Origin: Euprymna scolopes
Lineage: Eukaryota
Strand: one strand, 5' to 3'
Length of the DNA: 64,000 nt
NCBI GenBank assembly: GCA_053919585.1
Contig: CM132819.1
Below are positions 24,363 to 35,508 of the stretch, piece after piece. The position numbers and the translations under genes were made by a program. Under the pieces are notes generated by a model that was given only the letters and a program-made list of their open reading frames with translations, was not told the origin of the DNA and ran no database searches. Positions within the stretch are counted from its first letter, which is position 1. Each line of letters opens with the position of its first letter.

Positions 24363-25950
24363 TTTTTTTTTTTTTTACATAGGCATCACCACATTATCAA
24401 GGCCAAGAGGCCACTCAAGGATAAGGGTTAAAGAGTGTACAGTAGAAATTGGACAATATAGTAATCATTAGTAATGAAAATTTGGTAAATTTGATAACTT
24501 ATATGAAACGGCTCATCAAGAACTTATTTGCGTTAGACTTGAACACAACCATATTGTAGTCAGCTGGAAAGCAGGAAAACGGAAGACAATTCCACAGGTG
24601 TGCAGTTCTAAGAAAGAAGCTTTGTTCATGGAATCTACGTTTAGCTTTTAGGCACAGATAAAGAGTGGGGGGAATAATTGATAGTGTTTATTGCTAGACG
24701 AGTGTTTCTTGTGAAAGTTTGGCGAGGGGGGACCATAGATTGAAGCTCAGTCGAACACTTTCCATGAAAATAACGATACATCAGAGACAAACTCGCAACA
24801 TCTCTTCTGTGAGATAGAGGTTGCAAGGAGGAGAAAAGGACATCTCCTACGAAGTTACGAAGTCTATTTTGAACTCTATCAAGGCAGGACAAGTCCTTTC
24901 TAGCAGCTCCTGCCCAGATGTGGCAACAGTATTCCATCCTTGGACGTACCTGGCTCCTATATAGATAGAGAATAGCATCAGCAGTGAGATATTTACCGGA
25001 TCGATAGAAAGATCCCATCATTTTTCCAGCGGCCTTGATGTACGTGTTCCATTTAAGATCAGGAGTAATGGTCAAGCCCAGAAGCTTGTCAAAACTTGAG
25101 GCCTCCTGAAGACGAGAGCCATTCATTTCAATTGATGCCAGATGTGGATCAGAATGTTGATGATGTAAAGAGAGAAGCTTGGTTTTAGATGCATTAAAAG
25201 TAACCAGCCACTCCTTTCCTCATTGTACTACGTGCTCAAGATCAGAGGAGAGAGAATTGGAGAGAACTTGGTCGTTTACTGTCTTAGATGTGCTACCATA
25301 AATGGTAGTGTCGTCAGCATAAATGTCTACAAATGATGTAAGGATGTGATTTGGAAGATCATTAATGTAGATCAGGAAAAGAGTTGGGCCCAGGATGGAC
25401 CCCTGAGGGACACCGGCATTAATACTGTGAGCTTCTGATTTTTGCCCCTCAACTACTACTCTTATGAACCTATCAGAAAGAAATGATTTAATAATTGAGA
25501 AGACTTTTCCAGCTATATCATAGCTAGTGATCTTATGAAGTAAACCTTTATGCCATACCCTATCAAAGGCTTTAGATATGTCAAGAGCAATAGCCCTAGA
25601 AAGATTGCCACCGTCAGGAGATTTGCTAATCCTATGCGATATAACTGTAAGCACATCTGCTGTAGATCTAGCAGAACGGAAACCATATTGAGTGTCACTA
25701 AGAAGGTTATTTTTGTTGAGGTGGTTGATTACTTCTGTATTTAACACAGATTCTAGCAACTTACTCATGACGCACAGGAGACTTATTGGCCTGTACTGAG
25801 AGGGAGATGAGCGATCACCTGAATTCTTAAATACAGGGCATACTGATGAAATTTTCCAGGGAGATGGGAAACTATTCTCCTTAAGACAACGTTTAAACAG
25901 TTTTTTGAGTACTATAATTGGAATACCATCAGGGCCAGTTGTTTTAACAA
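24363..25950 (-). mobile_element. 5'-truncated CR1/Zenon-like LINE family B
   Basis: RT domain ([30 protein letters not shown]) with premature stops; poly(T) at 24363; same 3' UTR as the 38116 copy. Confidence 0.95.
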
Positions 25951-26039
25951 GTCTAGAAAAAATTGTTTTGCTAATCATTTTCCACTGAAGAAAGAGTCAA
26001 AAGTTTTTAAAGAAATAATTTTTAAGGAAATAATTCATT

Positions 26040-26773
26040 GTATCTTGAACGCTTTGTTTATCAGCAATAAATTGTGTAAATCCTAATTTGAACCATTTTA
26101 ACTCATATAATCAGGCTGGCTTTGGTGTTGTGAGGGTCATGTTGGTAATATCCTCGACGTATGACCAAACAAAATAGTTTAGCGGGTTCAGGTCGAGAGA
26201 GGAGGCGGCCACTGAGAAAAAGGGTATAAACTCTTAGCACTCCTTCTGAAGACAAGCCTGGGTCTCTTTGGAGATGTGCACCGACGCCGAACCTGCTGCC
26301 ACACCCAGGGTCTGCCAGCGGCGACCTAACTGCACCAAAGGATCACTACACTCTTCAGTACATCCAGGTACATTTTGGTGTTGACTTTCAAGATGTGAAG
26401 TTGAAACCACACCAAAGACCATAACCGTGGCCGGAAACTTTTTCTCATCACCTTGGGCACGTCCCTGTTATTAGTGTCAATCCAGCGATGCATTTTGAGA
26501 ATGCTGACAATGGTCCTGTTGTCATGACTTAAACCAGTAGAGACCATGAGTTGTATAGCGGTGCTTCTCCGATCTCGCTCGTTGAACATTGTGTTACTTT
26601 CAGACATGATAGAAGTCTCCTATCGCTTTTTGGATTTATACACAACTGGCCAACTAGTAGATGATCTGCAACAAAAATAATAATAATAAAAAGCAGAAAA
26701 CCAGTTTTCATCAAACGGAAATGCAATCAAGTCGTCTTTTAAGGACGACAATTTCATCGTTCCACCCTTTATA
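26040..26773 (-). mobile_element. Internally deleted Tc1/mariner (maT/DD37D-like) relic
   Basis: Minus-strand remnants MVFGVVS, YLDVLKSVV, GRPWVWQQ, KETQACL, WPP and NPLNYFVWSYVE; TIR-like TA-AAGGGTGG at the right end. Confidence 0.75.
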
Positions 26774-26789
26774 TGAAAGGAAATAATAC

Positions 26790-27747
26790 ATTAGATCTAG
26801 CTTTTGCAGGCGGGAAAGGTGAATACGTAGACTTTTCAAAATCTAAAGCTTTCTGGTGTTAATTAAAAAAATAAATAAATAAAACTACTGTTTCTAAATG
26901 TATTTTAAAAGTACTTACAAGTCATCTAATGATGACTAAAGTTATTTTCAAATAGGAAACAAAATATTACTTCAAATTATAGGCATTCCAATAGGTTTAG
27001 ATCCTGCCCNNNNNNNNNNNNNNNNNNNNNNNNNNNNNNNNNNNNNNNNNNNNNNNNNNNNNNNNNNNNNNNNNNNNNNNNNNNNNNNNNNNNNNNNNNN
27101 NNNNNNNNNNNNNNNNNNNNNNNNNNNNNNNNNNNNNNNNNNNNNNNNNNNNNNNNNNNNNNNNNNNNNNNNNNNNNNNNNNNNNNNNNNNNNNNNNNNN
27201 NNNNNNNNNNNNNNNNNNNNNNNNNNNNNNNNNNNNNNNNNNNNNNNNNNNNNNNNNNNNNNNNNNNNNNNNNNNNNNNNNNNNNNNNNNNNNNNNNNNN
27301 NNNNNNNNNNNNNNNNNNNNNNNNNNNNNNNNNNNNNNNNNNNNNNNNNNNNNNNNNNNNNNNNNNNNNNNNNNNNNNNNNNNNNNNNNNNNNNNNNNNN
27401 NNNNNNNNNNNNNNNNNNNNNNNNNNNNNNNNNNNNNNNNNNNNNNNNNNNNNNNNNNNNNNNNNNNNNNNNNNNNNNNNNNNNNNNNNNNNNNNNNNNN
27501 NNNNNNNNNNNNNNNNNNNNNNNNNNNNNAAAAATGATGAATCCAGAACATATAATTATTATGGTTGGTAGGAGATTTTATGACAATGTATAAACGATAA
27601 CGAGGAATTTGAAAAAAATAAACAAATCATCTGATATATCCAAAGGAGTTAGAATTAAATTGTGAATATAGAGGAACACAAATTATATTTCTGGATTTAG
27701 ATATAAAAATTGAGGATGGAATTTTTGTTTATGAAATGTTTGATAAG
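26790..27747 (+). mobile_element. Penelope-like element RT fragment spanning an assembly gap
   Basis: LAFAGGKGEYVDFSKSKAFW and FQIGNKILLQIIGIPIGLDPA before the gap; YPKELEL and FLDLDIKIEDGIFVYEMFDK after it. Confidence 0.75.
27010..27529. other. Assembly gap
   Basis: Run of 520 N. Confidence 1.
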
Positions 27748-29727
27748 CTAGCAGCACCCGTTAACCGGCGTTACCCGGTGGAAACATGAAAGATCCAGAA
27801 CAGAATCGTAAATGATCTCGAAAACAAATTAACATACGGTTGTTGTTGCTTGCCACTGCTGTTCCTGGAAAATATTGGACACTGGCAGCCGCGGTCCAAA
27901 TGAAATAATCTGGCTCGCAATGCCGGACATAGTTTTTCAGCGGCAGTTAGTGAAAGCCACTTTCTGTGAATATCTGCATAGTTACAAGCGATTAGTGTTG
28001 GTTTGGGACAATAACCTGCAGGTACTGGATGATTCTAAGCAAAGCATTTATTCACTCTTTAGATTGAGCGAAAAAGTTGGTTACACGTAAAAGGAAATTT
28101 TAGGGCCGTTTTTTAGGGGAGGATAGGCACGTGTCGGTATTCGTGCATATTTGCAATCCCAAACCAATGCTGTGTTTACATTTTGAATGTTCCGTCCGAG
28201 CAAGGAAAGAGCAATATGTGTTTGATTACATGTTATGTTAATTCCATATAAGCAAGGAAAGATTTAATAGTGTGTGTTTAAATGCCAATAATTCTCAAAC
28301 CTTTTTAGAGCTCACCGTAGTCAAATTTTAAGTGTTCTAGTATTTAATTTTAATAATATTGAGCGATTATCAAAACTTCAAAGAGGCTTCTTATGTGTTT
28401 TTAGCATTTTAGCAGAATCGTGTCATGTGTTGTACATGTTATGTATAGTTTATTTTTACTGATGCATCTATGGTAACATGCTGAATTGTTACAAATAAGT
28501 TACCACTATTTATTTAGCATTTTCAGAATCTTAAGGTTACCAGTAGTTAAATTTCGACACGGCCAAAAGTTTGAAATAATAGAAGGAAAGAAGGCATTTT
28601 TTACGACCTAACCCAGTGTAATATAAACATCCTCCAACCTACCATGTTAGAAACGGCTTTCGAAATAAACACTCCCAACCTGGGAAGCCGTTCTTAACAT
28701 GTGGATGTTGGGGGTATTTATTCCGAAAGCCGTTCTTTTCACGGGGAAGTCGGGGTGTTTATACTAAGTCAGATTTAATCGTTAGAAAACCCCTTATTGC
28801 TGACCGTATAAACGTAACAGGCCAAAAAAAGGGGAAAAGTTGATTATTTTTGTTAGATGTTAAACGACTCTGTGTTATGTCGTACAGAAATACCTAAATA
28901 ACTTTCCATACACAAAAAAGAAACAAAACTAAAAAAGAAAGGTAAATTTTTACAATAGGTCCACGTCCACATATTTTTTTAAATGACGACTTTATAGGTT
29001 TTCGACTGAATAAGAAAATATCGTTACAATTTTGCAGAGACAAGTAGTTATCAAGAGATGCACTGTAATTCACTGGCCGCCCCGAAAGCCTGTCTTAACA
29101 TGTAATTAATCAAGGAAGTGAAAATTCGTAATTTTTTTGTTTTACAACCATGCACATTACTAGTTTATCGTTTGTGCAGAAAAAAAGCGGATTTGTTTCC
29201 GCTAGGTGGCAGTGTCGGTGGCAGAGAAGTAGATTTGCTTATCACACGCACGTACAAACATACCAGCCAGTAAATTACAGTGCATAATACAGGTCTTTAT
29301 ATCTCGAAAGTTACTTGTCTCCGCCAAATCTAATTGAGATTTTCGTATTCAGTATACTCGAAAACCTTTAATAATCGTCAATGTAAAGAAAATTGAGGAG
29401 GTGGACCTAATATAAAAAAATACCTCTTAAAAAATAATAGTTGGAAAAAAATAAATAAATAATTGAAATTAGTAAAAGTTATGAATTTATTAGAGTAAGT
29501 TGTTGTTTATTAAGTCGGGTTTTTTTTTGTTTTTTGTTTTTTTGTAATGAGTTGCGTTCGCTCTGTATGGGCCGGCGGTTTTATAGTAAAAGTTATGAAT
29601 TGATGAGGGCAGGTTGTTAGCAGAAAGAAAAAAGAAATAAAAAGGGAAAAAAATCAAACGAACAGAAGTCTTACCACGTGTGGGTCAGGCAAGGTTGGAC
29701 AAAATAGAGAGAGAAACCAAGAACACT

Positions 29728-29890
29728 TCAAGCTATTTCGGCATGCCTCTTAATGTAGCTGCATGATGGTCTAAGCCAGCCAGCAATTGGGTAATGCCCA
29801 ATCAGTCTGCCGCATATCGAAAAAAGCTCCCGCTTGTTGAGCTCTTCTTTCATTTGTGGGATCTTGTTTCTCCTTTGAAATTTCCATAGG
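29728..29890 (-). mobile_element. LTR-retrotransposon pol fragment (RT/RNase H connection)
   Basis: KRELFSICGRLIGHYPIAGWLRPSCSYIKRHA resembles the post-RT region of invertebrate LTR elements. Confidence 0.55.
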
Positions 29891-29938
29891 GCAAAGCGCC
29901 CGGGGCCACATTCGATCATAGCCAGATTGATCCAGGCA

Positions 29939-31180
29939 TTTTTTTTATTATTACATTTTCACCCCAAACAAGGCACATTGCCACTTTGGTGTAGGGGCTA
30001 CTATCAGGGGTAACATCTACTGGGGTATTATGTAGGGATTTGGGCAGCAAGGTGTCTATTCACGTTACACTTGAACTTCTGCACATCAGTACAGTTGGGG
30101 AAGCAGGGACCCGGAATGGAATTCCAAAGTCTAGCGGTTCTGGGGAAGAAACTACTGGAGTAGAAAGATCTTTTACATCTAGGGATCTCTACTGTGTGGG
30201 GGTGAGATTTAGCTGCCTGTCGGGTTTGTCGAGGATGTTTACGTCGTGGGGGCACAAGTGCTTGCAGTTCGTCAGAGCATTCTCCATTAAAATACTTGTA
30301 GAACAGGCAGAGGGATGCAACATTTCGTCGATGGGACAGAGGCTGAAGCTTAGATGCCAGTTCAGGGCCTATCAGATTGGCGACTCTCTTTTGAACCTTG
30401 TCTAGGAGCGAGAGACTAGTAGCAGATGCTCCAGCCCAAATGTGAAAGCAACACTCCATACATGGACGAATGGTGGCCTTATAGAGGTACAGGATACTTT
30501 CGGGTGTTAGTAATTTTCTAGCACGGTAGAGAGAGCCTACCTTCTTTGCAGCGGCCCTGGCAATGCTTTCAATGTAATTGTTCCAACTCATGTTTCCTGT
30601 GAACGTTAGGCCAAGGAGTTTGAAAGATGTACTCTCAGATAAAGGTTTCTTGTATTTATTGGAGGAAACTGGTTTAGTCTTGGCGGCATTGAACGTGGCC
30701 ATCCATTTTTTTCCCCATTCCACTACAGATCGATCATCCTCTAGTGTTTTTACCATTTCTTTATATATGTGTTCATTTGTTTTCCTGTCATACCTGTTAT
30801 AGAGTGTAGTGTCATCAGCATATATACCCATCTCAGAGGCAATTTTGTCGCGGAGGTCATTTATGAATATTAGGAACAACAGAGGTCCAAGGATAGATCC
30901 TTGGGGCACTCCCGCATTTATATCATATTGTTTAGATGTACGACCGTCGAGGACAACCTGGATTTTTCTCTTATCTAAGAAGGATTTAATTATGTTTAGT
31001 ATTCTACCAGTGATACCGTATGATCTAATTTTCCTGAGGAGACCCTCATGCCATACCCTGTCAAAAGCCTTAGATATATCGAGGGCTACCGCTCTGCCCT
31101 CTCCTGCTTTGTCCAGTGAGTGGTATATACGTTCAGAGATTACAGTGAGGATGTCTGCTGTGGAAGGGGCTTGTCTAAGT
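29939..31180 (-). mobile_element. 5'-truncated CR1/Zenon-like LINE family A
   Basis: Highly similar to the reverse complement of ~15860-17104; RT motifs QGSILGPLLF and YADD; T-rich tail at 29939. Confidence 0.95.
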
Positions 31181-32226
31181 AGGTTGTTTTCATGATTGTT
31201 TTGGTTAATAACTTAACTTAATAATCACTCGGTGTAATCAGACAGCTTTCGTCGATCGCCGGGCGTCGCTGGGCGAGACTCACGGAGAAACGGAATGCAA
31301 ACTGCAGAAGTACCAGTTAATATGTATAAATAGATGTATGAAAAGAAAAAATACAACAAACATTAATCACAAGCACGCACACACGCAAACAAACAAACAT
31401 TACTGTATAAGAACTTAATAATTTTAGCTTTTAAAACATGCCTGTTAAAGACGCTATATTTTAATGTAAGTGTTCGTTTATTTAGTAGATTTGAATTCCG
31501 GAATTTGAGAATGTCCAGCGATCAGTCAATCAGAATGGAAGGATTCTTGAGGGAGTGGTTATTATTTATAAATCGAAAAATGGAAAGCTTATGTTTTGTC
31601 TATGTGTGTACGATCCAGTAACGATGGGTGTAACCATAATATCTGTAGATTTCCTCTCGGTGTTGACTGGTGGTGGTCGGAGGACTAAATATCTAGACGG
31701 GAAAATAAGAACTCATTCCTCTAAATATGCTGCGATTGTGATGATGTTACTCCTAGGATGCAATGTAACATTTTATTATGACTAAATGTGTCAAAAAATG
31801 GGGTTCTAAAGTTACATAAGATAGTGACTAATAGTGTAGACATATTAAATTTGTATTTGGCATTTGTTGAAAACCTGCAGTATTTGGTCCAGGGTGGAAT
31901 TTCTGCTATCATTTTATTATATAAGAGAAAAGAAACTCCTTTCCTTTTCAAATAGTTCGTATGCTTCACAAAAAATAGTACCTGACCTATATATATGTTT
32001 TACGGAAGCATTCTCTGAGTTTCTGGGAATAGTTCGCGTTATCTTAAAATTAAGTTTCTAGTTTAGTAATAAGGATGATTAAATAAGGGCGTAATAAAAC
32101 TAAAATATTTAAACAGTTAAATAAAGCATTTGTTCGTTATCCTGATGCTATATAAAACTAATCAAAATATATTAATAAATATTAATAAAGGAAATATAAA
32201 GCTACATTAATAATGTGTGCGTGTGT

Positions 32227-32259
<33 letters not shown>

Positions 32260-32291
32260 CACAAATATTTTTAACTTTTATATATTTTTTA

Positions 32292-33084
32292 CTAGCAGTA
32301 CCCGCTAACCGGCGTTGCCCGGTGGAAGGGTGCCCCCCCCCCCCCATGGATAAAAATAAAGTACGGTTGTCTTTGTTGTTGTTGTTGTTGTTGTTGTTAC
32401 TGTTCAACCTCTAACCTCCTTATGTTATGAACGGCTTTCAGAATAGACACCCCAACTCCTCATGGTAAGAACGGCTATAGGAATGGATACCCCTAACCTC
32501 CCCTTGTCAAGAAAGGGTGGAGAGAGGTGGTGTAGTAAGGATATTGAGCAATCCCCAACCATAAGAAATAAGAAAAATAGCAGCGAGGGTAAAAATATAT
32601 AAAAAAAAATTAGACGCAGGTGGAGAGAAGTGAAAAAAGGTATTAAAGAGGCAGGCAGGCTCGAACCTGCAAAGCGAATGAGAAAAAGAAGAAGAAAGTC
32701 ATCTATTTAGCTGTCGAGAGAGAGAGAGAGAGAGAGGGAGAGAGAGGAAGAAAGAGAAAGGGGAGGGAGAGAGAGCGAGTCTGAGTCTGAGTCTTTAAGT
32801 TTTGACGGACTAAATTCGTTGTTTTCAATAAAGAAAAACAGGAAATACTTTATCGGACAGTTTAAAATATGGAAATCCCTCCAAAAAAATCGAAAATGGA
32901 GCTCATTATTTTTGTGTTGTCACGTAGATTTTAATGCTTTTTAGTTGATCCAATCTAGAGTTTAAATAATCGTTGTTCCGTAAGTAACTCGCTGACATTT
33001 ACCGTTTAGTGTTTATATTGGGGTGGGGGGCAGCGAACATAATGAAAAAGAAAAACAATTTAAGCTGTGGTAATATTGACTGCT

Positions 33085-33132
<48 letters not shown>

Positions 33133-33228
33133 ACGTGCTCACTCACTTTCTTTCTCTATATCGACTCACTCACACACACTCTCTCTCTATATATATATAT
33201 ACACACACACATTCAGCTTTATATATAT
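32292..33228 (-). mobile_element. Non-autonomous Helitron-like element
   Basis: Minus-strand 3' hairpin ACCGG-GCAACG-CCGGT + GTACTGCTAG|T; 5'-end-like ATATATATAAAGCTGAATGTGTGTG; internal microsatellites. Confidence 0.7.
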
Positions 33229-33229
33229 G

Positions 33230-33985
33230 TATATATATATATATATAAAGTTGTGTGTGTGTGAGGTCACGAATAGGCTCCTATATGATTGACTATTTTA
33301 AAAAACTGATTACATATAATAATAGAAGATGTATCGAGACACAGGAATGGGTATGTTTGATCTGGCAGAACGGTGGTTCATTAAATTGTGGGGTCTGCGT
33401 TCGCGCCTGGTCCACGAAGTATGGAAATAAAAAATTTAAAAATTAATAAAAACGTTTACAATGGTTTTTGATATAGATGTACATAATAATACTTTGATAA
33501 GTATGTTTTAACTTAAATAGGAATGGTATAATAAAATTGTGGGGTCTGCGCTCGCGCCTGGCCTCCATCGAATGGAAATAGGCACAAACTTTAATAAAGA
33601 CTTTTCATATCTATCTGCGTAAGTATACTTTGATGATTATGTTTTAGTTTGAAGAAATATGTTATAATAAAATTATGGGGTGTTCGTTCGCACCTGACCT
33701 CCATAGAATGGAAACATGTCACAAAGTTTAACAAGGTTTTTTTAATATAGATCCACAGAATACTGTGATAAGTGTTTCAGTGTGAACAGGTATGGTATAG
33801 TAAATCATGGGGTTTATCTATTTTATTTTTACTTTCATCATATTTTGCTTGGTTTTGATACCCCCAAATTCGGAGCTATCTCTTTACAACCCTTCCTTTT
33901 CGTAACCTATCATACTTTCATAAATCAGAGTCCATTTTCGGTAGGATTTTTTTTTAACCCAGTCAACGACGGGTATTTTTGCTAG
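33230..33985 (+). mobile_element. Non-autonomous Helitron-like element with ~140-155-bp internal repeats
   Basis: 5' TATATATAAAGTTGTGTGTG; four AAATTGTGGGGTCTGCG-like subrepeats; 3' CCCAGTCAACGACGGG hairpin + TATTTTTGCTAG|T. Confidence 0.7.
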
Positions 33986-33989
33986 TATT

Positions 33990-34070
<81 letters not shown>
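33990..34070. repeat. (CT)n(AT)n microsatellite; other (AT)n tracts at 1-78, 19151-19220, 35405-35452 and 62276-62318
   Basis: Direct inspection. Confidence 0.95.
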
Positions 34071-34201
34071 GTCTACCTGTCAATCTGTCTAACTAACTAT
34101 CTAGCTATATATCGCTCGGTTCAGTACCGTGCTTGAATGTAAACAAAACCGATATAAATCTCGCTCTGTCGCTCACTCTATCTCTCTCCCTCTATCTCTC
34201 C

Positions 34202-34233
<32 letters not shown>

Positions 34234-35402
34234 GTGTAAACACATTTTGAGAGAAAGAAATAGATAGGGAAAGAGAGACAGATAGAGAGACAAAGGCAGA
34301 AGCAATTAACTCTGAGCGGCTAACTAATCGGTTTATTTAATGTAGAACGCTGTCATCGTGTATCTATATACGCCATATTGAATAAGCTCTTTCGCGTTTG
34401 TTTAATTTTATAGAATTGTAATCTGGAATAAAGGATCGGTTTGATCTAAGCCAATGAAAATAGCTTGAATGTTTCAGGGGAGAATTTATTATTTTTAGAA
34501 TCGATGAGGTCCACCCTCCCGGGTTCTGCCACTCGGCTTCCAGGTGGAGTAAGTTTATTTCTTACTACCTAAGCAACCGGGGAATGCCAACGAGGATGTC
34601 CAAGCAATTTTGTTAGGCAAAATTGCCCCTCGTTTAGCGCGCTTGCTTGAATCCCCACTTTCTATATCCTTGCGTCACATAATGCTGAGGTAGGCAGTAT
34701 TTAAATTCTTATTTCTATCCATTTTGAATTTGGAGACAAGGACGAGTATCGCAGGTAAGGAAGACATTTTTAGATAGCATGATAAGTTAGCTAAATTAAT
34801 CTGGAGTAAGAAACTAGATCCAATATTCGAAACATATTTTTGTTCTTGTGATTAAGGGGAGTGTATGATCAACACTGTTGGGGAGTCATGATTTCATATA
34901 CTGTTTTGTTTTTAAATCCCCCGAAACAGTGTTTCATGATAGACAACTAATGATCTCGTAAATAACATAAGGACTATTGTGAATTCGAGTAAGCAAGTTG
35001 ATACAGCGATTGCAGGTGATCAAATGACTTACTGACTGAATAGTTTAGCAATGATTTATAAAAATCTAAAAAGATTTTTTTATATAGTTTTAAAGATTAA
35101 AAAACTTCCATGACTATATATATATACATATATATATATGTGTGTATGTGTGTGTGTGTGTGCGTGTAGATAGGTAGATATATAGATAGATAGATAGAAA
35201 ATTAAGACATAATTATAATTTCTTTAAAACTCCACAGATTAGCGAATTCTTAATGTTTATTTCTGAGTTTCCTATCGAATAATTTTTCGTAAATTATAAT
35301 TTTCAGTCTATATATATACGTACCTATCGGTGTACATATGTGTGTTTGTAAAAGGAAATTGATTAGAAATTCTGTATTAGCATTTACCTTAATATATAAT
35401 TA

Positions 35403-35453
<51 letters not shown>

Positions 35454-35456
<3 letters not shown>

Positions 35457-35508
35457 ATCCACATACAGTACTGTTTCGCTGTTTCAAAGCTCGTCAGTGC
35501 GGCTAGAC
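35454..35508 (-). ncRNA. Type I hammerhead ribozyme motif
   Basis: Minus strand CCGCA-CUGACGA-GCU(UUGAAAC)AGC-GAAA-CAGUACUG-UA-UGUGG. All core nucleotides are present and stems I-III pair. Confidence 0.88.

Larger units (their letters stand above)
27748..31334 (-). mobile_element. Non-autonomous Helitron-like element with nested insertions
   Basis: Minus-strand 3' end ACCGG-GTAACG-CCGGT hairpin + ...GCTGCTAG at 27748. Candidate 5' end TCTATTTATACATATT at 31334; pairing of the two ends is inferred. Confidence 0.55.

Noticed and set aside
26997-27551. Long ORFs of X residues (also 55024-55485)
   Set aside because: Artefacts of N gaps.
32650-32680. tRNA B-box-like GCAGGTTCGAGCCTGC on the minus strand
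   Set aside because: Only a T-arm-like hairpin inside a Helitron-like element, with no cloverleaf.
34500-34765. Specific assignment as a dicistrovirus IGR IRES, 7SK or RNase P RNA
   Set aside because: Apart from a UAUUU loop, I could not match the diagnostic motifs; kept only as an unclassified structure.
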